DNA of 63,258 nt, the filler included, from Licmophora abbreviata (Eukaryota): the NCBI GenBank assembly GCA_900291995.1. It is 5 parts of 5 records of this genome, joined end to end, with 100 filler letters (N's around TTAATTAATTAA, not from the genome) between each part and the next. Parts side by side here need not be neighbours in the genome. Positions count along the whole stretch, not along the records: positions 29,800 to 42,967 come from OLMU01000427.1; positions 43,068 to 58,311 come from OLMU01000429.1; 3 more parts are not named here. One strand, given 5' to 3'. Below the pieces are notes generated by a model. The model saw only the letters and a list, made by a program, of their open reading frames with translations. It did no database searches and was not told the DNA's origin. A program made the position numbers and the translations under genes. Below, piece after piece: positions 35,137-46,347 of the stretch. How positions within the stretch are numbered: position 1 is the first letter of the stretch; the number at the start of each line of letters is the position of its first letter.

Positions 35137-37344
35137 ATGCCTTCGACGTCGGTACAGCCGCGTGCTGGTGGTGCAGTGGGTTATGTACCAACGCTACAGA
35201 GATTAATGATTGTCCATCAGCAGCTACCCGAACTGTGTTCCAATGGCGGTATTGACGAAGGAGCTTCCAACGAAGAGCTCAGCGAGCACATTCTGTACTA
35301 TTACGACGCTGATCTCCAAGACAATGTCGAAGGCGCTTCCGATGCGGAGCATCCACCCCATGCTTCCAATGCGGCGATTCAGTTTGCAGGTATCTCCGCT
35401 GCGCTACGATCGCTCCCTAATGAGTTTAAAGAACGAAGCGGTGCCGCCGAAGACCCGACGAACGAGGTTTACTTCTCGGGAGCCACGCTTGTCTTTGCTG
35501 CGCTCGAAGAGACGGAAAGCACGTATATTTGTGCAGTGGCTCAGCTAGGATGCTCGAATATGATGGAGGAGGCGGAAGAAGGTTCCAGAATACAGCGTGG
35601 CAGCCCCGTTGCGGTCCGCGCGTCCCTTGTGAAGTGTCACCGTCTCTTTTGTCTCCTTCGCGGAGGCATTCACTATCGTCTATCTATTTTGCCCAAAGAT
35701 TCAGAGGCATTTGAGCCTCAAAGTGGGAGTTCATCGAAGGCCCTCTATCCTGGTATGGGCGCACTGTACGATCTGCGTCGGAGACGGAGACGCGCGCATA
35801 CAAAAATCGCAAGACTTTCTCGTTCTCCTGATGCATCGCATTGTTCACATCTTCAAACGGAGATAGACATGCTTGACAAGGAGATACACAGCCTTGTAGA
35901 GCAACTTCCCATACAATCGCTCCGTGAGGATTTGAGAAGCCACTACGATGACTACGTGGTGAATGCTAATCTTGTTGCCGCATCGACCGGACTCACGTAT
36001 CGATGTCTGGTGGACGATGTCCCAACACCGATTGTGCAGCCCTCAAAGTCGATCGCACGAGACTATGCACCAGCTTCTCCAGATAGCGTGTCATCTCTCC
36101 AGCTTGGCCAGTCGCTAGATGCTTTACTTCGCTCGTACTCACGAGATCAATTAGTTGGCGAACCCAGTCTCATTGGAATACACTGCTTTCATGACGGCCG
36201 GCTGGCACATACGCTACCGACGAAGGATATCGCAGTTGACGACGGATCCTCTTGTACAAGCGTGACTTTGTCCACAAGTACAGCTTACACGTTGATGGAA
36301 TATGTGGCAGACTATCGGCGAAAAGTCTTTCATCAGTCGAAAACTAGAACTTTCATCCAAGAGTCTACACAAGCACGATTTCAGCGTTCGTTCCGCCATA
36401 CGGAATCGGGAGGAAGGTTCGAGGAAGCAGGCGCTCCATCCGGCGTGCCGGAAATAAATGGGGCTTTCTTTTGCTCTCCGCCTCTATCGATGTTCAACGC
36501 CTCCGAGGAAGTTCTTGACGTTAACTTGCCGGGCTTTGGTAGTGTGTGGACGCCCGAGGTCATGCTCCCAGTGACGACAGGGCATCGAGAAGGTTCGATA
36601 GAGACGGTGGATCGGGTAAGAGCCAATTTGATCCTTTATGAACAAAACAGATTTTGTTTCCTTCTTTACATCGTTCCCCCAGACCATGGAGAACACGATT
36701 CATATTCAAAGACGCAAAGTTTAAAAGCGCCACAGGAAGAAACGAACCTCTTGCCTTTCGCCAAGCTTCTGCAGTCGTTAGGGTGCGCCTTATCGGTGAT
36801 ATTGGAGGAGGCCTCGCTGGAGCGAAATGAAAGACTGCCTGTAGGGGGGACCGGTGCATTGCAAATCGAAGCTGGGCAAGACATAGTCTTGATTGATCGA
36901 AAGGCGATGTCGCTTCTTCTAATCTCCTCCCGGACAAGGGAGAAAAGCCGCACGAAGAGAAGCGGGTTCCCGCTTCTGGGCAAGAAAGTGGTACTGAAAC
37001 GCCCCCTGGACATGTCGGTAGGGCTTGACTGTCGTCATGCACTTGCATGCTGTCTGCCGCTTGAAGCCCTGCTTGCGTTTGATGATATGATGCAGGAGAT
37101 AAGTCAATTGAGAGATCGATCTGCTAAAGGGGACAAGTGTAGGAAGGATAGGGTCTACGAACTTTGTACATACATGCGACATGGTTGGATGTATGCGCAT
37201 GCGCACGAAGACCAGGAGCTTTATGTATTGTTCAATCCCCGATCTTTTGTAACCATTTCCGACGTTCAGAACGCTGCTGACAACCTGCGAGAGAAACTGC
37301 TTGGAGAAGAGTGCCGAATAGACCTCACAAATGCTTTACTTTAA
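35137..37344 (+). CDS. CCZ1-like tri-longin protein (Mon1-Ccz1 Rab7 GEF family)
   Basis: Intronless 735 aa ORF. N-terminal EHILYYY..IQFAGISAAL and C-terminal GWMYAH..DQELYVLF..TISDVQ resemble CCZ1 longin domains 1 and 3. Confidence 0.55.
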   Translation: MPSTSVQPRAGGAVGYVPTLQRLMIVHQQLPELCSNGGIDEGASNEELSEHILYYYDADLQDNVEGASDAEHPPHASNAAIQFAGISAALRSLPNEFKERSGAAEDPTNEVYFSGATLVFAALEETESTYICAVAQLGCSNMMEEAEEGSRIQRGSPVAVRASLVKCHRLFCLLRGGIHYRLSILPKDSEAFEPQSGSSSKALYPGMGALYDLRRRRRRAHTKIARLSRSPDASHCSHLQTEIDMLDKEIHSLVEQLPIQSLREDLRSHYDDYVVNANLVAASTGLTYRCLVDDVPTPIVQPSKSIARDYAPASPDSVSSLQLGQSLDALLRSYSRDQLVGEPSLIGIHCFHDGRLAHTLPTKDIAVDDGSSCTSVTLSTSTAYTLMEYVADYRRKVFHQSKTRTFIQESTQARFQRSFRHTESGGRFEEAGAPSGVPEINGAFFCSPPLSMFNASEEVLDVNLPGFGSVWTPEVMLPVTTGHREGSIETVDRVRANLILYEQNRFCFLLYIVPPDHGEHDSYSKTQSLKAPQEETNLLPFAKLLQSLGCALSVILEEASLERNERLPVGGTGALQIEAGQDIVLIDRKAMSLLLISSRTREKSRTKRSGFPLLGKKVVLKRPLDMSVGLDCRHALACCLPLEALLAFDDMMQEISQLRDRSAKGDKCRKDRVYELCTYMRHGWMYAHAHEDQELYVLFNPRSFVTISDVQNAADNLREKLLGEECRIDLTNALL

Positions 37345-37466
37345 CTATTAATTTGGAATGTCATCAGTACCAAAAGCGTAGTTCTATGCCCTCCTTCGCT
37401 TGGACTATTACTTTGGAATGTCATCAGTACCAAAAGCGTAGTTCTATGCCCTCCTTCGCTTGGACT
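37344..37466. repeat. 60-bp tandem duplication (2 copies, 1 mismatch)
   Basis: actatta(a/c)tttggaatgtcatcagtaccaaaagcgtagttctatgccctccttcgcttgg at 37344-37403 and 37404-37463. Confidence 0.95.
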
Positions 37467-39075
37467 CGGATTCTTCCTCGCCATTGCTGCTAGGTCTATC
37501 TTTCGGCAAATTTCTCTTCCGCCGTGGGCCCAATTTCTCGCGAATCTCTTTGACAAGCTCTTCATCTAGATCTTGATGTCCGGTTTCTGGACACAGTTTG
37601 ATACCCGTGAGTAAAAATCTCCCGCTCTGACTCATGTGCATACTCGGCCGAGTCCGCCCCGACATTACCTGATACTCCCGCATCCAGGTGTCGCTCAACC
37701 GAAGATTCAGGGCAAGTCGCTGCTTCTGAAGCTCCTGAAAGCAATCTGCTAATGGCTCCATGTACTCGCAGAAAACAACAAACGGACAGGATGGAGCCAG
37801 AAATGGCAGTAGCGCCAACAGCGTTGCTGTGGGATCGTAACGACAAGCAATAGCGACGGCGTCGCAAGGCCGTCGCAACAACATCTCTTGAGTTTCGACA
37901 GGTGTATGACGCGTCAGTTTTCGAGCGAATCGATGCGATCGTTTGGCCAAAAACTCTTCTTGCTTCTTGGGGTCCGTCAGCTCTCGCGTCAAGTATGCCC
38001 TAGTGTGGTCTTGCAACGGGCAGGGCCACCTCATGACGTCCCGTTCGGCTCTCTCATGGTCAGGAATATTGGAAGTATCCACATTTATGGCGTTATCCGC
38101 TAACACGTCGCCGGCATGGACCCACTTGATTGAATGGTTTTCCGCGAACGTAAGATTAAATTTGGCCAGAAGATCTAAGAAGGATGGCTGTTGACCACTG
38201 TACACGGACATGACTCGACCATAGCCACCCATACGTTGTGCAAAAGCCCCCGTAATGAGCCCCATGCATGTTTCGAACACTAGCACTTGAGATCCGGCCG
38301 TGACGTTTGAGTAGCTCAACATCTGGGCCAATGTATCTTCTCGTAGATTCATTAACTTCCGAGGGTCTTTCAAGAACAGTGCCTGGCATATAGATGACGC
38401 TGTACAGCGCACCAATCGACACCGAATCTGATATTTTTTCTGTTTGCGGGCAATGTACTTGGCCTTGCTGAACTCTGTCTTGGAGTCAAACGTCGATGAG
38501 TTTTCGATCAGGACCTTCACAATTTCAGACCCATGCATCTTTCCTCGCAAACCCACAAGATCATCATATTTGAGGCCCTGAGAATTGTTGCTGTCCATAA
38601 GGTTTCGATTGTCGGTTGGCTGTTCCGAGGAAAAGGACGGTCGGGAGGACGTATAGGATGGATCGTAGTACTCTGATTCGTCTTCATCCTCCTGAGAGCC
38701 ACTCTCATCCCCGGCTCTCAGATAGAAGTCAGCATCGTCCGCGAGAAGATCCTCTCCTTCCGGAAGTGGAACTAACTTGAACGTCTTATTGTCCAACTCC
38801 AGAACGGTTCCGTAGGGCATGCCGATGAGATTGGCAGTCGGGATGGTCTTTCTGTTGATTTTGAGAGGCCCTGACCGCCCTTTCCACTTTTTCACGCACT
38901 GGGCAAATAGTTGTCGACCATCGACCAACATTACCACGACATGGTCGCCTTCTCGCACGAAATTTGATGGAAGTTGATGTAGCAGAGGGTCCGGGCAGTC
39001 GTCGCCATTCGTGTGAGTAGGGCAACTGGATTGTCCGTCTCTTTGCGCAATCGCAGGCTCTTCAGAGTGAGACAT
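37444..39075 (-). CDS. TRM6: tRNA (adenine58-N1)-methyltransferase non-catalytic subunit Trm6/Gcd10
   Basis: TDNRNL, SQGL, NSSTFDSKTEFSKAKYIARKQKKY, LREDTLAQMLSYSNV, PFVVFCEYMEPL, WMREYQV..GRT.P. Confidence 0.92.
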   Translation of the reverse strand: MSHSEEPAIAQRDGQSSCPTHTNGDDCPDPLLHQLPSNFVREGDHVVVMLVDGRQLFAQCVKKWKGRSGPLKINRKTIPTANLIGMPYGTVLELDNKTFKLVPLPEGEDLLADDADFYLRAGDESGSQEDEDESEYYDPSYTSSRPSFSSEQPTDNRNLMDSNNSQGLKYDDLVGLRGKMHGSEIVKVLIENSSTFDSKTEFSKAKYIARKQKKYQIRCRLVRCTASSICQALFLKDPRKLMNLREDTLAQMLSYSNVTAGSQVLVFETCMGLITGAFAQRMGGYGRVMSVYSGQQPSFLDLLAKFNLTFAENHSIKWVHAGDVLADNAINVDTSNIPDHERAERDVMRWPCPLQDHTRAYLTRELTDPKKQEEFLAKRSHRFARKLTRHTPVETQEMLLRRPCDAVAIACRYDPTATLLALLPFLAPSCPFVVFCEYMEPLADCFQELQKQRLALNLRLSDTWMREYQVMSGRTRPSMHMSQSGRFLLTGIKLCPETGHQDLDEELVKEIREKLGPRRKRNLPKDRPSSNGEEESESKRRRA

Positions 39076-39807
39076 ACTCGGAGTAGCTACTAGGACAACA
39101 AAGGACACACCCAGGCGCCCTTTTGCGATGGAGGTCGATTGAGGTCTAGACTCACGCGTTCACTCATCTTGTCGGCGCGTCGCTAGCATCGTCAACCAAC
39201 TCGACCACCAAATGGGGTTATGGGCCACAATCATCGTTTGTCGCAAAAGGGGCGACCGAAGTCTCAGCACGACAATACTACGACAACGTGTTGTGTGATG
39301 AGTTTGACGCCGTGATTCGGGTCCGCTAGGTTGATCCTATGCTAAGGCCGTACATGATACTGTCGTACACCTAATGTAAGGATAGTGGTGAGAGCGTGGG
39401 AAGATTGAATGCCGGATGTCCCGGTAAACTAAACGGGAACAGACAAGAAACGATTTACAATAGTACTTCGTAATTAGTACAAACCAACTGTAGCAAGATA
39501 TAACAACTCATCGGGGTTCGTACTGCACTCCAGTCAGACGCATTGTGCCCGACTTGTTGTGCATGGCACGCCACTCCGAGAGCGTGTCACGGATTGATTA
39601 AAAAAGATGTAGCGTTACATCAAACATGACAGACACATATAGAACAAAGAAGGATACAGGAACCGAAGAAGTAGACGTGATGCCTTGTGCGAGGGGTGTC
39701 GCATCACATAAGTAGTCAAGGAGACTGGCAGAAAAAGTAGCAAGACCTATCCGTCGAGAAGATGGGAAGACCCTGAATGTGAGTCGGAAAGAACAAGGAA
39801 AGAAAAT

Positions 39808-40263
39808 TCAGTTTTCAATCCTCGTGTAGTTGTTCTTCCGCACGCCGCTCAAAGAAGTGGGACCGGCAATTCTATCGCAAAAGGAAAAATAAAAACACAA
39901 GCGAGTTAGCGGCAATAAGGTCAACATACTCCTGAACACAGGCGAGCAGTCACTTACATTGATAAGTTCCGATCCCGTTTGCGAGAGGAGCTGCAGGAAG
40001 TTTCCAGGCCGGTCTTCCAGAGGAAGATCTTGGTCCAGGTCAGTACTGTTCATCGCAAGGTCCCTTGGCGACTGTATAAGATCGGGTGTTGTCTCTAATG
40101 CGTCTGGTCTTGACAAATCATCTCCTGAAGTAACAGCAGCGTCAAGTCGACTTCCGTGGTCGTCCAATTCAGACTGCGGGGCCGGCTTGCGACGGTGACC
40201 AATTATGCCGTAGGCAATGGCTTGAATAAGCACCGTCAAAAACAGCAGAGGCAACTCTATCAT
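39808..40263 (-). CDS. Possible small unknown protein with a hydrophobic N-terminus
   Basis: 151 aa ORF, MIELPLLFLTVLIQAIAYGII followed by a basic cluster. A gtaagt donor lies near 39956. No recognisable domain. Confidence 0.25.
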   Translation of the reverse strand: MIELPLLFLTVLIQAIAYGIIGHRRKPAPQSELDDHGSRLDAAVTSGDDLSRPDALETTPDLIQSPRDLAMNSTDLDQDLPLEDRPGNFLQLLSQTGSELINVSDCSPVFRSMLTLLPLTRLCFYFSFCDRIAGPTSLSGVRKNNYTRIEN

Positions 40264-42892
40264 GAGTCGGAGAGCGATAAGGGGACAATATGTAATGGAT
40301 TCTCACACAACAAGGGCGGCGTTGACCGGCATCTCTCTTGCGCGGCAGCAATGATGCGGTTGCCGTGATGCTCTGGGAATGCTTTTGCTCAGCTTGCACG
40401 CTTGCATACGTTGTCGTGCTCTTTAATTGAAAAATTCACGGACACTTTCAACGAAGACTTACTTATCGCCAAATGGAAGAAGCTTGTTCGTCGAGCATTG
40501 AAATGACTTTTTGAATATTGATTGGTGCAAAGATACGCACTCTGGCCATCGTACGGAGAGTGAGTATTATGAATTTGTTCATACACTGAGAGAACCAATT
40601 ATCAAGCAGATTGACCGACGTACAGACGAGCGTACCGGTGTACGCCATCCCAGACTCACTCGTGACTGATCCCACGCATTCTCAATTCTCCTCCTCGAAA
40701 AACAAACTGAATGAACTTTTGCAACGATGATAGTCTTCGGAACGTGGCTTGACTGATCACCACGGTGATGCCTACCATGGGATCTTGTAACGCCGATGCT
40801 AGCATCTCCGACGGCGAGGGGAATCACGCCGACTGAGGATATCACCGTCTTCGTGGTCCAAGCTCGAGACGAAGCATGGCTCAGAGATCAGAGATACAGA
40901 AATGGTGAACGATAACGAAAACACCTTATCGAAGCGACAGCCACAAACCTAGACGACCACGCAACGTTTGATAGCCATGTCGCTGAAAGTTGCACTGTCT
41001 TTGAACAGGTTGGTCCAGACAGAATCTTTCGTTCGTTTTCCCAGAAAGGAATACCGCGTACGCCAGTGATGAGATGCTACAAGAAAAGTGCACAATTCAT
41101 TCGAATCAAATTTGATGATTGCATTATACGTTCCTGCACCGTCTGGAGTAATCACGCAGTTCCACCTGCAGGACTTGGCCGTCACGAATCGTCGCTAAGG
41201 TAGCTAGTTGCTCAAATTGATGAGAGCTGGCATGTTGGCGACGCGAGAGTACACGTTTTCCCGGTCGTCGGCACGTTTCGAACAGTTGATCTCAAATTCG
41301 TACATTACCGGTGGTACATGATCGATGGGCCCACCTGCAATCTCAAAGACTTTCATCAACGCGGACCGTAGCATGCCTTCCGCCGTGTCCTGTGGAGCGA
41401 CGCACACACATGGTTAGCGCCGCGCTTGAGCTGGGTCCTGAACAACCTCCCCGAAACGACAGTTCATACCTGTATCCGCTGCCTTTCGATGACTGCCGCA
41501 GAGTCATCGCTAATGGGACGAGGTGTATTATTGACAACGACACGCAAGATCCATTGTTCCCAGCTAGGGGTAGATTCGACGTGAAGAGGAAGACAACGTT
41601 GAGGCCATGAGTCGTTGACACACACAAACAGAGATACACACACATTGAATTCATTCCAAGGACTCACACCACACGCTCTTCATGAGATACAAGCCCAAAC
41701 AGTTGTCTCGACGCCCGTCGCTCGAAGAAACTGAGAGTTAGGCAACCCTGCGGAAATGAGCATGATAGAGTATACAGAGCGATCGAGTCAGCGATTGAGC
41801 AATATGAGATTACACATTTTTGACGTTCAACAGGCTAGACTCACACTCATGAGCTCCGGACCAATCTGCGAGAGGCTTCGTAAAAATGACTCAATCGCGT
41901 TGTCCACTTTCTTATCCACGTCATTCTCAGCTGATAGTGACGACGATGGAATCGCTTGCGGCGACTTGTCAGTTGCAATTCGGGCATATGTCAAATTGAA
42001 TCCCTCGCACTCAACATCGCGAGGGACGACGGATCCTGGAGATCGAATACTGGTACGGGGGACGATCCAAGTAGCTGGATTTGTAAGTCAAAATCAGATA
42101 GGTACATCCGGTAGTCGACATGGAAAGATAAAACTTACAATAGAATCGTATGAAGGATGCATTGAAGAGCCTCGCGGACTTGACCCGTCGCAAGTTCGAG
42201 CTCGGGAAGATGGTGTTCTTTGCAATTCATTTTTGTATGTATTGTCTTTTAATCTTCCTCCCTCTCACAGATGAACAATTTCAATGCGCAAGGAGGCTCT
42301 AAGAATGGTTTCGGCTTTCGCTTCGTATGAAAGAAGAGATGTTCTCACGTCGACCATGGCATCAGAATGTGTCGTCGCACACACACATCACAAAATCGCC
42401 GCGAAGTGGAGAGCGCGCGCAGTGCGGTGATTCGATTCGATTCGATTCATGATGGCGAAAGAGCATCAAGTCGAAAGTCTAGTCGAGTTCAGTCACTCAA
42501 TATCGGTAGAGCCCGAGGATGGCAAACTTCCCGCATTGTGAATCGGAGTGACATTCCACCACTTGCAAGTCTACTTGCCTGTAGTCCAGCGCAATCCATA
42601 GATATGAATGCCGTAGCAAGTTTCACTCATAGAGAAACGAGTTCTCAAACATTGTTGTTGTTATAAAAGTAATGGAGAAACTATAGCCCGACTTGCTCCC
42701 TAGCAAGGCAGGATGCTTCTTCGTATCATATACTCGCCCAACATCCCCAGGACCCAGAAGGCAAGATATCTATACAAAGGCAATGATAGATTCACATCGT
42801 TACCGCAACGAGCGGCAAAATAAGCAACTCAGAAAGGACGCACACCCAGTACGACCACAAAACACAGACCCGATCCCAGTGTAAGACGCCGC

Positions 42893-42967
42893 CTACTGCT
42901 GTCCAGCACTCGCCCATTGAGGACCATCCCCACCGCCGTTGTATCCATGTGCAGCAGCGGCACCGTA
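42893..42967 (-). CDS. Possible C-terminal fragment of a gene lost in the gap
   Basis: Open frame from the gap edge: YGAAAAHGYNGGGDGPQWASAGQQ*. Too short to be sure. Confidence 0.25.
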   Translation of the reverse strand, partial: YGAAAAHGYNGGGDGPQWASAGQQ

Positions 42968-43067
42968 NNNNNNNNNNNNNNNNNNNNNNNNNNNNNNNNN
43001 NNNNNNNNNNNTTAATTAATTAANNNNNNNNNNNNNNNNNNNNNNNNNNNNNNNNNNNNNNNNNNNN
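42968..43067. other. Scaffold gap with linker
   Basis: N-run/ttaattaattaa/N-run. Confidence 0.97.
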
Positions 43068-44699
43068 TTTTGGAATGAATCGAAAGAAAAGATACGATGG
43101 CGAGGAATAGCAGGACATGCCCCGACGAGATCCCATCGCACACGATTCGACTCGAACGATGCAGGAAGCTGTCCGATCGGCAAATCCGCAGCCCGAGTCA
43201 TCACTGCTCGTCACATTCCCATCCCAAAGGACACACACACAGCCCGGACCTTCTGACGGAGTTTGTCCCCTTCAAGCGACCGCTCCGATGAGTACGATGC
43301 ACTCATCGCAGTCGTCGTATCATCATGGTTGAAGACGGTGCAAGTTGCATACCTCGTTCTGAAAATGTGTCAAAATAGATTTGTTCATATCGTAGAAGGT
43401 ACATTCAAATCCGGGCAGCCAACGTATAAGTATACCAACGGTCGTATCATTCAAAAGGTGACAGAAACGAATAAGTATACCAGAGTACATAGCTACGTGG
43501 CGACAACGTACACCAGACTCATACGCAGACGTCGTAGAAAATAACGCTTGAGAACACGATCGCTGATGATGCCGCGTGAAAGGCTCACCGCTGGTCGCCA
43601 AGAGGCAATGGTCTGCTGGTCGTGGAGGAGGAGCGCGGCAGAGCAGACGACAGTTCTTTGATTCGTAGACATTTACTCACCGATTGGGGGTTGATGGATG
43701 TGTTCTTTCGAAAAGGCACGCCGGCGACCTTTACTTAGACGCGAGCGGAGGTGTCGCTGATAGTGTTTTCGGAAAATGAGAAGTTGGCAGTTCTGCCCTT
43801 GTTTCTTTTCGTAGAATCCTACGTAATTTTGTACTGAGTAAATCTCCCTAAGATTTTCCTTGATAGTCGTAGATCACATTTCGCTCAACCCGGCCCAGAA
43901 CGCAGGTAGGCGACCACTACTAACCCAAGACTCGGTGGTTGTCGCGGCAACGCATAAAGTAAAAACAAATGCTCTTCGGCTAGAATCATCTCGTCTCGTC
44001 GACCACAGAGCTAGAGCTGTCGCGTAGAATAGTCTAGTTCTGCGTCAGCAGACATTGGGTCGTCGTCTGTGGTCATGATTGGAGGCAGAAACCTGCGAAG
44101 AATCCCTAGCTAGAGCAACTACGCCACTTGTTCTTAGTTAGAACTGAATTGCAACGACGTCACACTTTTCGCTAGTAGGGTGATGTTGCAGCATATCTCT
44201 CATTACATAGGACGGCATCCTTACGGTGCATCACAAGTCGCGACCATTTGTCGCAGTCCTCCTCCATTTTTGTATGGCTTGAAGTAATATTCATGCTCTG
44301 TAGCTAGCAGTCACGTCGCCCGCTTGTTCCATGTCCTACTTCTCTCTAGTAGATACGTTGCATTCTGCGCGTTCGCGCTGTGTCGTTTTGGTCCCACAAG
44401 GAGATAAGGCTACAAGGTACTAGAGACTATGGCCGTTCCGCTGGTGCCGGTGCACCTGGTAGAGCACAACAGGCTCGTTCGTTCCAAATAGTCTGCGAGG
44501 TCTCGCTCCTCAAAACTTGCGCGAGATATCACACGGCGATTGATTCGATGATTGATTCCTTGCTGTGATGATGGCGACGCACAAAACGCTCCGAGATGAA
44601 CCCCATGGCTGCGTGTGAGTGCACGAACCTTCCAACTCCTCTTGGTCTTTTGTTTCGATTGAATTCATTCAACTACTATACATCAGGGAAGCTCCTATC

Positions 44700-46235
44700 A
44701 TGATGCAAGAAGATATGGAATACGGGGAGGTCGGACAAGCGGCCTCCTCAGGCGTCCCAGAGCAAGATGCGCCACGCCCATGGGTCATGAATGCAGTGCG
44801 CCGCCAAAATCGATTCTTTGGAGTAACAATGTTTATCGTTCTAGTTGGATTTGCCGCTTTGTTGGGTACTGGGACGTTCAATATACAAGAAGCGGAAGAA
44901 GTTGGAGAATACGACGCGGATGCTGGTACTGTCGGGACCGAGGCGGACAATGCAAAAGTCCAAGAGGCGTTGGATCAGCTTCAGGGAAAGAAGCCTGCCA
45001 CCGCGTCGAGCTGGATTGCAGCGCATCAGCACAAGTTTCCAACTGACCCGTTTCAGAATGCAAAGAAGGGAGGCGGAGGCTTCAATTTGAATAACGGCCG
45101 CGGCAATCACACTATGTTCGACAACATAGAGAATTTGAGGAACCGAACTCATGATGTTGTAGGCGGGCACGGAATCGTAGAAAAGTACGGTGGAAGGAAC
45201 AACCTGACGGGACATATGAAGCCTGCCGGAGCCACGCACAATGGACCTCTGCATAACAATGGATTGAACAAGACACGTCCGGAAGCAGCTTCGCAGAGTA
45301 CTTCTTCGCCTTTACCAGTCTCGGGTTCGTCCTGGCTGTCGGCGAAGGTGACGAAGGCCAGCGGCGTCATGTACGAGATTGTGGAACAACTAGTACATGA
45401 TCCAGCTGCCTTCACGTAAGTATCTTTTTGTCTCTTGTGGGTGCATGACTATTGTTGGTGCTCACGTGACGCCTCTCTCCGTGCATTTTCTTTCAGCCAA
45501 GGGCTTACATTCTTCAATGGCAGACTGTTCGAGTCGACCGGATTGTACGGCCAGTCGACGGTGCGCGAACTAGACCCTGCGACTGGAGAGGTAATCGATT
45601 CCACCTCTATGCAGACAAACCTGTTTGGGGAAGGTATGGCCTATTACAATGGCAAACTCATCCAAATCACCTGGAAAGCAGGAGAGGGCTTAGTGTACAA
45701 CGCGAACGACTTGGCCAAGCCACCTGAGACTTTCTCGTACACGACGACGAAGAATAATGAGGGCTGGGGTATTACCTACGATCCCGACAACAATGAATTG
45801 ATTGTAAGCGATGGATCCAACAACCTTATTTTTTGGGATCCAGAAACATTCGAACATCTTCGCACCCTTGAGGTCTTTCGCATCGATGGATCCGAGCCCG
45901 CGACAAAGATAAATGAATTGGAGTATTGGCGTGGTCGTGTCTTGGCCAACATTTGGTACGAAGATGTGGTCGTAGTGATCGACCCGGCCACCGGAGCAAT
46001 AGAAAAGGAATATGGTAAGTTTTCCTTTCGATAAACCCCACATTGCATATTTTCCTTGATCTCATTCTGCCCCGACGTGTCCATGAACTTAGATTTTTCA
46101 AAGCTTTGGCCCAAGTCCGATCGGCCACGAGGGACAGATTGTCTAAACGGAATCTCCATCTCGAGCGATCCAGACGTTCTTTACATCACCGGAAAAAAGT
46201 GGAACCGCCTATACAGAGTCAAGCTCCTGCCATGA
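44700..46235 (+). CDS. Glutaminyl-peptide cyclotransferase (plant/bacterial beta-propeller type), type II membrane anchored, 3 exons (44700-45415, 45497-46014, 46093-46235)
   Basis: HDPAAFTQGL, LFESTGLYG, FGEG, EGWG, SDGS, INELE, ANIW, LNGI, ITGKKW. N-terminal TM FFGVTMFIVLVGFAALLG. Confidence 0.93.
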
Positions 46236-46347
46236 CTAGATCGATTTCATGTGTACGATATGTAGATACAGATAGCAATGATTTGGGGCGTTAGCTTTTA
46301 TGAATGGAGGTGACACGTTCGGTGTGAGGTTTTGTTGCTCTCACGGG

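Noticed and set aside
16715..39075. Two tRNA-modification genes (QTGAL-like and TRM6) in one window as a possible cluster
   Set aside because: They are about 19 kb apart with unrelated genes between them, so there is no evidence of functional linkage.
43910..43945. Small hairpin enclosing TACTAAC
   Set aside because: Short imperfect stem with no associated gene or splice context.
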